Shown one piece after another: positions 15,966-22,088 of a stretch of 22,088 nt of DNA. Below the pieces are notes generated by a model that ran no database searches, was not told the origin of the DNA, and worked only from the letters and a program-made list of their open reading frames with translations. The number at the start of each line of letters is the position of its first letter. Position 1 is the stretch's first letter. The position numbers and the translations under genes were made by a program. The DNA is from Sumerlaeia bacterium. GTDB taxonomy: Bacteria > Sumerlaeota > Sumerlaeia > SLMS01 > JAHLLQ01. Location of the stretch: the NCBI GenBank assembly GCA_040219255.1, contig JAVJSW010000006.1, forward strand, positions 1 through 22,088. The letters are read 5' to 3'.

Positions 15966-17363
15966 ATGACCACACCTCCCGCCAGCAAGCCCGCCGACAT
16001 CCTGATCGTAGACGACGAAGCCAACATCCGCATGGTGCTCGCCGACATCCTGCGCCGCGAAGGGTTCACCAGCGATCAGGCCGCCGATGGCGAAGCGGGC
16101 CTCGCCCTCGTCAAGCAGCACCGCTACGCTCTGGTCATCATGGATCTGCGCATGCCCCGCCTCGACGGCATGACGGCCCTGCGGCAAATGAAAGCCCACG
16201 ACCCCGACATCACCGTCGTCATCATCACCGCCCACGGCACCGCCAAGACCGCCCTGGAAGCCGTCGAGGCGGGGGCTTACGATTACTTCACCAAGCCCTT
16301 CGACATCACCGAAGTCCGCGTCGTGGCCCGCCGCGCTATGGAAAAAGCCCAGTTCCAGCGCGAAATCACGACACTGCGCCACGAATCCGAACTGCGCTAT
16401 TCCTTCAGCAACATCATCGGCCAAAGTTCGCCGATGCAGGACGTCTACAACCTGATCAACCGCGTCACCGACAACGATGTGACGGTCCTCATCACCGGGG
16501 AGAGCGGCACCGGCAAGGAGCTGATCGCGGCGGCGATCCACCACAATTCCACGCGCAAGAACGGGCCCTTTATCCGCGTCAACACCGCCGCCATTCCCGA
16601 GACGCTCCTCGAGTCCGAGATGTTCGGCCACGAGCGCGGCTCCTTCACCGGCGCCGTGGCTCAGAAAATCGGCCGCTTCGAAGCCGCCGACGGGGGCACC
16701 ATCTTCCTCGACGAAATCGGCGACATGCCCCTGTCCATGCAGGCCAAACTCCTGCGCGTCCTCGAATCCGGCGAGGTCGTCCGCCTCGGGTCCAACGACG
16801 AACGCCACGTGGACGTGCGCTTCGTCTCCGCGACCAACAAGGACCTCAAGCACTTCGTCGAAACCGGCGCGTTCCGCGAGGATCTTTACTTCCGCATCAA
16901 GGGCGTCGAAATCCACCTGCCGCCGCTGCGCGACCGACGCGAGGACATCCCCCGCATCGTACGCCACGCCATCGCACGCTTCGCGAGCGAGATGCAGCAG
17001 CAACCCCCGGACATCACCGACGCCGCGTTGCTGCGCCTGACCGCGTTCGACTGGCCGGGCAACGTCCGCCAGCTCATCAACGTCGTGCAGAACATGACCG
17101 TGATGGCGCTGGGCGACCCGGATTCCGACATCATCGACGTCCGCCACATCCCCGACGACATCGCGACCACCGAGGACGACGAAGACGCCGTCGCCTCGTC
17201 CGGCTCAGGCAGCCTCGCGGGCACAAGCCTCGAACAACTCGAGAAGCGCGCCATCCGCGAAACCCTCCGCCTCACCGCCGGCAACCGCGAACAGACGGCC
17301 AAACTGCTGGGGATCGGAGAGCGCACGCTCTACCGGAAGCTGAAGGAATACGGGTTGCGGTGA
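15966..17363 (+). CDS. Sigma-54-dependent response regulator (NtrC/AtoC family; REC-AAA+-Fis HTH), 465 aa
   Basis: VDDE/DLRMP receiver. AAA+: GESGTGKE, ESEMFGHERGSFTGA, FLDEIGD, QAKLLRVL, FREDLYFR, WPGNVRQL. HTH: AKLLGIGERTLYRKLKEY. Confidence 0.95.
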   Translation: MTTPPASKPADILIVDDEANIRMVLADILRREGFTSDQAADGEAGLALVKQHRYALVIMDLRMPRLDGMTALRQMKAHDPDITVVIITAHGTAKTALEAVEAGAYDYFTKPFDITEVRVVARRAMEKAQFQREITTLRHESELRYSFSNIIGQSSPMQDVYNLINRVTDNDVTVLITGESGTGKELIAAAIHHNSTRKNGPFIRVNTAAIPETLLESEMFGHERGSFTGAVAQKIGRFEAADGGTIFLDEIGDMPLSMQAKLLRVLESGEVVRLGSNDERHVDVRFVSATNKDLKHFVETGAFREDLYFRIKGVEIHLPPLRDRREDIPRIVRHAIARFASEMQQQPPDITDAALLRLTAFDWPGNVRQLINVVQNMTVMALGDPDSDIIDVRHIPDDIATTEDDEDAVASSGSGSLAGTSLEQLEKRAIRETLRLTAGNREQTAKLLGIGERTLYRKLKEYGLR

Positions 17364-17380
17364 GGGGCGGTGTGTGGCGC

Positions 17381-17410
17381 ACCCCGGGCAGCGCTGCGCT
17401 GACCCGGGGC
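17381..17410. repeat. REP-like hairpin between convergent genes (possible terminator/stabiliser)
   Basis: CCCCGGG-CAGCGC-T-GCGCTG-A-CCCGGGG; related to the hairpin at 21780-21810. Confidence 0.55.
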
Positions 17411-17429
17411 TGGGCTGCGGGGGGCGTGG

Positions 17430-19118
17430 TCACGGCGCGCAAGACATGCCCCATTCATCGAGGAGGATATTCAGGTCGGCGAAATCCACATTGCTGTTGC
17501 CGTCGAGGTCGCCGAGACCGGGGCCGGCGTTCCAGCGGTCCAGCAGCGTGTTGAGGTCGGCAAAATTGACGGCGCCGTCACCGTTCACATCACCGTCGGG
17601 GCGGGTGACGGCGACTTTGATCCCTCCGGTTGTAAAGCTGCCCCATGGATTGGAGACGATCGTCTCGATGTGGACGGGTCCGACATGGCTGCCGAGGGCG
17701 CGCACGGTCAGATCGATGCGCCCGGGGGCGGCGTCATCGTAGGTGAGGTGCAGCCCGGTGTTTGCGTCGGTGTAGCTGCCTCCGGTCAGAGGCATCGGCC
17801 CGTCGTCGTCATTGAGCAGGATCTGCCAGTTGTATGTGAGCGGATCGCCGCCGCCGCTGACGCACTCGACGATCACGATCTCACCGGGGCATGCGGCGGC
17901 TTCGAGGGCGCCGTCGGCGGCGTTGAAACCGGAGGGCGAGAGAGTCCCGAAAACGACATTGTCGATGGCGGTGACCTCGCCTCCGTTGACGTACTCGCCT
18001 CGGATGCGAACTGCGGTCAGAGCGGACAGGACGTTTTCGAACTCCTGCGGCGTTGCGGGCATGCCATCGGAGACGCGTGTCCACGCCGGGCCGGGCGACA
18101 GTGGGACGGCGTGATGCCGCCAGCGTCGGCCGGTGATGAACTCGTGGCCATGATTGTACCGGAGCGTCTCCGTCCCATTGGAGAGCACGATGAAGGCTGC
18201 GCCCGGATCATCAAGCAGACTTGATGTGCCGGTATTGACGAGATCAAGCTCGAGCGTCATGCCCATTGCCGCGGACTGATCGCCGAGGAATAACGCGGGC
18301 GCCGAGAAGGCGAATCCGTCGCCCAGTGCGAGATCATCCGCATAGATGCACTGGAGGTATTCGATCCGGATGGTGCTGCCGCTGCAACTGCCGCTCGCGG
18401 GCTGGTCAATCCAGGAGAGGACGGCATCCTGGAAGATCGTCCATCCTTCGTCGTCGGTCTCGAAGGTGCTTCGCGGCGCGCCGTCGTCCGGGATGATCAT
18501 CACGTTGTCGATATCCTGATTCTCGTCGCCGCTCCTATATTCGGCTGCGATGGAGACGGAGAGGACGGAAGAGAGGGCCTGCATCAACTGTGCATCGGTG
18601 GCGTTGGGTCCGTTGCAGTCGCCGAAGCGCCATGCGGCGCCGATGAGCGGAACTCGGGCGGGACGCCAGCCGAGCGTCGGCGAACCCTGGTTACTGGCAA
18701 AGAGCGTGACGGGCACGCCGTCGATCTCGGCGCGCAGGAAGACATCGTTACGGCGCGGGCAGATGGATGTGCGATCCATGCGGCGGTCGTAGCGGAACCA
18801 ACCGCCGAATGCCGCGCTGAGGTCCCCGGAGAATCCGGTGGGGGCCCTCAACAGTGGATCGATGCCGGTGATCGCCGGTTCGAAGTATCTGAAGTACCCG
18901 CCGGGATGACCGCCGTCTTCGACGGAGTTGGGACTCAGCGGGGAACCATCGACGGCGCCGCCGCACACGTCGAGGCCGTTGACATTGACGGCGAGCCAGC
19001 CGCCGTCACCGGTATCGAATCGCTCTGAAACGAGCGGCGCTTGGGCGGCACACTGGGCAATCAGGCAGAGTGAGGCGACGGCGCTCATCTGCCGGCACGA
19101 AGTCGTCACTTGAGACAT
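17430..19118 (-). CDS. Secreted protein: two laminin B (laminin IV type A)-like domains, Ig-like domain and dockerin-like C-terminus
   Basis: Signal-like N-terminus (start 19118 or 19088). Repeats RAPTGFSGDLSAAFGG..ALSSVLSVSIAAEY..IDNV and SAPALFLGDQSAAMG..VLSALTAVRIRGEY..IDNV. C-terminal GDVNGDGAVNFADL / GDLDGNSNVDFADL. Confidence 0.8.
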   Translation of the reverse strand: MSQVTTSCRQMSAVASLCLIAQCAAQAPLVSERFDTGDGGWLAVNVNGLDVCGGAVDGSPLSPNSVEDGGHPGGYFRYFEPAITGIDPLLRAPTGFSGDLSAAFGGWFRYDRRMDRTSICPRRNDVFLRAEIDGVPVTLFASNQGSPTLGWRPARVPLIGAAWRFGDCNGPNATDAQLMQALSSVLSVSIAAEYRSGDENQDIDNVMIIPDDGAPRSTFETDDEGWTIFQDAVLSWIDQPASGSCSGSTIRIEYLQCIYADDLALGDGFAFSAPALFLGDQSAAMGMTLELDLVNTGTSSLLDDPGAAFIVLSNGTETLRYNHGHEFITGRRWRHHAVPLSPGPAWTRVSDGMPATPQEFENVLSALTAVRIRGEYVNGGEVTAIDNVVFGTLSPSGFNAADGALEAAACPGEIVIVECVSGGGDPLTYNWQILLNDDDGPMPLTGGSYTDANTGLHLTYDDAAPGRIDLTVRALGSHVGPVHIETIVSNPWGSFTTGGIKVAVTRPDGDVNGDGAVNFADLNTLLDRWNAGPGLGDLDGNSNVDFADLNILLDEWGMSCAP

Positions 19119-19291
19119 GAGTGCGTTCCCGATTGACACGCGGATCACCCGCCTGATCGGAAGCACACGCTGCCCCGAAAGGGTGATTCGGTCACGCCAC
19201 TTCAGCGTGCAGCACATTCAAAGTCAATCAAAAAGTCGTCATCATTCAGCAACACGCTTCATCCTCATCAAGCACGCCGCACCCCGGGTGT

Positions 19292-19415
19292 TAGAGCAGT
19301 TTCGGTCGCTCCGTAGCGGCCTTCCGGCCGCACACTCGCTTGCGCACGGCCGCGCCGGAGTGAATCCGGCGGGCGTGCGCGACGGCGCCGATCCAGTTGA
19401 CCTGGCGCCGCTCTA
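19292..19415. mobile_element. Putative MITE-like 124-bp structured element with TAGAGC/GCTCTA ends
   Basis: Inverted termini at 19292-19297 and 19410-19415. Internal stems GCGGCC/GGCCGC, GCGCACG/CGTGCGC, CGCCGGA/TCCGGCG and CGGCGCC/GGCGCCG. Confidence 0.45.
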
Positions 19416-19511
19416 GCCGGGGCTGGATCGCGGGGTACGGGGGTGGGTTGATTGGCGGAGGTGATGCGCGCGGTGGGTTCGGTCTGTAGGGCGAGCGTGC
19501 GGGACGCTCTG

Positions 19512-20621
19512 CTACAGCATCTCTCGCAGCTCAAGCCGTTCCAACTCGCGGCGGGTGGCGTCGAGGGTTCGTTCGATCAGTGTGCGCGCGTCGGATTGCG
19601 TCGGCTCGAGTTCTGTGAGCATGTCTTCGAGGATGGCGACGGACTGGGCGAGGGAGTCGATTGTCTGCTCGCGTCGGAGTTCCATGGCGCGTTCGAAGTC
19701 GCCGCGCCAGGCTTCGGGGAGGGCGGCCGCGTCCGGTGATTCGGATGCGTCGGCGGCGGGCGCGGGGGTTGAATCGGGTGATTCGGCGTCGAGCGTCGCG
19801 GCGGGGCCGGCGGGCGCCGGGGTGGCTTCGGGGAGTACCTCCGACGGCGTCGCGGCATTGTCTGCGGGGTCGAAGAGGACGATGGGGCTGTCGCTGAGGA
19901 TGACGATCGCGGCCGCGACGGCGAGGAGGAGGCCGTTGGCGATGAGAGAGACGGTCAGGAATGTCTTGAGGCGTCCGGCGCGGGCGCGGAGGCGGCGGAG
20001 TTGGTTGGTGGATGCGGGCGTCGCGCGTTCGGCGGGTTGGGGCGCGGGCGTCGCGGTCGCGGCCGCGATCGGGGAGGCGGGACGGTCGCGCGGGGCCTTT
20101 TCCTCTGTCTGATTCATCGAGGCGGAGGCGATGGCTTCGGGGGACGCCTGACCGGGGAGGAGTTGGACGGGTCCGAGTCCGAGGCTCTGGCGGTCCATGG
20201 GTGGGGTGAGGACGACGCCGCAATTGCGGCAGGTGTAGTCGTCGTGCCCGACGCGTTCGTGGCAGGCGTGGCATTGGCCGAGTTGTGCGGCGACGCCGGG
20301 GACGTCGCGTGCGAAGGCCCAGAACTGGCGCGTCGTGGGGCCGCGGATGATGGTGTGCTCGGTGATGCGGCCGCGTTTGACCATGTCGCGGATGGTGTCG
20401 AACGAGCAGCCGGGTCGGAAGGGGTTTTTCTCGTTGCGGATCTGCCACGGCCCCATGGCGTTCTGGGTGGCCTGGCGCGAGAGGGGTTCGAAGAGGCCCT
20501 TGCAGTGTTCGCAGCGTTCGCGTCCGGCCTGGATGCTGCCGCAGTAGGGGCAGAGGACGCGGCGCGGCCGGTCGGCGGTCTTGTCGGCGGAGGCTCCGTT
20601 GGCGTTGACGTGTGGCGTCAT
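19512..20621 (-). CDS. Hypothetical membrane-anchored protein with two double-CxxC zinc ribbons flanking a GYF_2-like segment (~369 aa)
   Basis: CPYC..CEHC, then GPW..SFDTIRDMVKRGRITEHTIIRG..FW, then CHAC..CRNC. One TM (FLTVSLIANGLLLAVAAAIVIL), a Pro/Ala linker and a helical C-terminus. Confidence 0.75.
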   Translation of the reverse strand: MTPHVNANGASADKTADRPRRVLCPYCGSIQAGRERCEHCKGLFEPLSRQATQNAMGPWQIRNEKNPFRPGCSFDTIRDMVKRGRITEHTIIRGPTTRQFWAFARDVPGVAAQLGQCHACHERVGHDDYTCRNCGVVLTPPMDRQSLGLGPVQLLPGQASPEAIASASMNQTEEKAPRDRPASPIAAATATPAPQPAERATPASTNQLRRLRARAGRLKTFLTVSLIANGLLLAVAAAIVILSDSPIVLFDPADNAATPSEVLPEATPAPAGPAATLDAESPDSTPAPAADASESPDAAALPEAWRGDFERAMELRREQTIDSLAQSVAILEDMLTELEPTQSDARTLIERTLDATRRELERLELREML

Positions 20622-20760
20622 GCGATTCCCGTGGCTGCGGCGGCGATCGTTCGGGTCCGGTACGATCGAGGTCGCATCGCGGATCCCATGGAGTCGGTCA
20701 TTTCTCATGGTACCGGCATGAGACCATCGGATCGCGATGCGGTTCCACGAGGAGGCCGCA

Positions 20761-21777
20761 ATGACGGTGAGAATGGACGCCATCCGGTTCGGACTGATCG
20801 CGGCGACTGCCTGGGCGGCGGCGTCGCTGACGGGGTGTGGGTCGTCGAATGGCGGCGGGATGACGGGCGGTCTGGACAAATCGGAGCGGTACGTGCGGCG
20901 CGGCGATACGGGTGCGGCGGGCGCGGCGCCGACCGCATCAGGGGGGCTCGCGGCATTGCGGGTCGGGGGCCGGGCGTTCGGGCATGAAGAGGTGATGACG
21001 CGTCTGGCGGAGGCGTCGGGCGACGTGGTCGTGGATGAGATGGTGCTGGAGGCGCAGTTGGAGCGTCGGTTCGAGGCGCGGGGGTGGACGCTGACGGATG
21101 CGGACGTGTCGCGTGAGGAGCGGCTCTTCACGGATGCGCTGTCGCTGGCGGGCGTGACGACGGACGCGGACGAGGGGCGTCGGCTGCTTGCGCAGGTGCG
21201 AGATGCGCGGGGGTTGGGGCCGGCGCGGTATCGGTCGCTGCTGCGCCGGACGGCGATGCTGCGACGGTTGGTTGCGGACGGGGTTGAGTTGACGTCGGCG
21301 TCCGTGGAATTGGCGTGGGCGTTGCGCTACGGGCCGCGGCATGAGGCGCGGATCATCACCGTGCCGACGGCCGCGGAGGCGCAGCGTGCGGTGCGGCGTG
21401 TGCGTGGCGGCGAGTCGTTCGCGTCTGTGGCGTCGTCGCTGAGCACGGACGCGAGCGCCGGCCGCGGCGGGTTGCTGTCGCCTTTCAGTCTTGAGGACGC
21501 GACGTATCCGTACGCGGTGCGTCAGGCGTTGCGCGGGATGTCGGAGGGCGACGTGAGTTCGCCGGTGTCGTTGGAGTCGGGGTATGCGATTGTGCTGCTG
21601 GAGCGCGTGATCCCGGCGTCGCCGGGCGCGCCGGCTCGCGATTCGGACGCGGTTCGCCGCGAGGCGCGGCTGGCGCAGGAGCGGTTGCTGATGAATCAGT
21701 TGGCGCGCGAGTTGGTGGCGGAGGCGTCGGTGGATGTGTTGGATCGTGGGTTGAAGCGCGGGTTGGATGGGCGGTGA
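20761..21777 (+). CDS. PpiC (parvulin)-type peptidyl-prolyl isomerase lipoprotein, PrsA/SurA-like foldase
   Basis: GAGGAGG RBS at 20749-20755; lipobox LTGC. Motifs GESFASVASSLSTD, GRGGLL and GDVSSPV..ESGYAI. Confidence 0.85.
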   Translation: MTVRMDAIRFGLIAATAWAAASLTGCGSSNGGGMTGGLDKSERYVRRGDTGAAGAAPTASGGLAALRVGGRAFGHEEVMTRLAEASGDVVVDEMVLEAQLERRFEARGWTLTDADVSREERLFTDALSLAGVTTDADEGRRLLAQVRDARGLGPARYRSLLRRTAMLRRLVADGVELTSASVELAWALRYGPRHEARIITVPTAAEAQRAVRRVRGGESFASVASSLSTDASAGRGGLLSPFSLEDATYPYAVRQALRGMSEGDVSSPVSLESGYAIVLLERVIPASPGAPARDSDAVRREARLAQERLLMNQLARELVAEASVDVLDRGLKRGLDGR

Positions 21778-21779
21778 CG

Positions 21780-21810
21780 ACCCCGGACACCGCGTTGCGT
21801 TGTCCGGGGC
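21780..21810. repeat. REP-like hairpin just after the PpiC stop
   Basis: CCCCGGACA (21781-21789) pairs with TGTCCGGGG (21801-21809). Confidence 0.55.
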
Positions 21811-21942
21811 AACGGACCGTTGACGCGTCTGTCGCGGACACGTGGCCTTCCCGTGGCGGGCGACGCTTGCGGGTGAGTGCGAGGCGTCTTTTGTTGAAGA
21901 CTCGGATTTGCCTTCGGCGATTCCTTGGCGCCGGGTCATGTC

Positions 21943-22088
21943 GGCGATGCGCCCTCGGATGAAGTCCGTGGGCTGGCCTGCGGGCGTGCATACGCAGTCG
22001 GTCGGTCGTGGGGCGCGGGCCGGGGTGGCTGGCGATGCGCCCACGGATGAAGTCCGTGGGCTGGGCTGCGGGGGTGCGTACGCAGTCG
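21943..22088. repeat. Direct repeat (at least 58 bp, period 88) with REP-like hairpin core; runs to the window edge
   Basis: 21943-22000 and 22031-22088 match at 54/58. Core GCCCACGGA-TGAAG-TCCGTGGGC. Confidence 0.8.

Noticed and set aside
15846-17147. N-terminal 434 aa of the 800-aa minus-strand ORF (apparent giant kinase)
   Set aside because: It is the antisense shadow of the NtrC gene. The receiver domain starts at ATG 15845.
20622-21131. Upstream extension of the 539-aa minus-strand ORF
   Set aside because: It overlaps the PpiC gene on the opposite strand and the intergenic region. The first zinc ribbon follows ATG 20621.
21774-21962. 62-aa ORF overlapping the PpiC stop
   Set aside because: It runs through REP-like hairpins and repeats, and has no protein-like features.
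21943-22088. CRISPR array
   Set aside because: Only two copies are visible, the repeat is at least 58 bp with four mismatches, and there are no cas genes or AT-rich leader. A REP-like interpretation fits better.

Overview
GC-rich bacterial DNA with about 17 credible genes and no rRNA, tRNA, transposase or CRISPR array. From left to right: (1) an AT-richer patch with a secreted hypothetical gene and a signal-peptide-only stub; (2) a translationally coupled surface-glycan operon (O-antigen-ligase+TPR protein, small GT-like ORF, second Wzy/ligase-like protein, LegB-like 4,6-dehydratase); (3) a REPIN-like inverted repeat; (4) an ECF sigma factor with a membrane/extracytoplasmic extension that may have its own internal start; (5) rdgB, a CDGSH Fe-S protein, and an ADP-ribosylglycohydrolase homolog lacking its catalytic Asp motifs; (6) a Na+:solute symporter; (7) a CHAD protein with a REC-histidine kinase, divergent from an NtrC-family regulator; (8) a secreted protein with tandem laminin-B domains and a dockerin-like tail, a zinc-ribbon/GYF-like membrane protein and a PpiC lipoprotein, among several REP/MITE-like hairpin elements. 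The right part looks Phycisphaerales-like. The left part may come from a different lineage, joined inside the NtrC gene (inference). All family calls come from motif recognition by eye; no searches were run.
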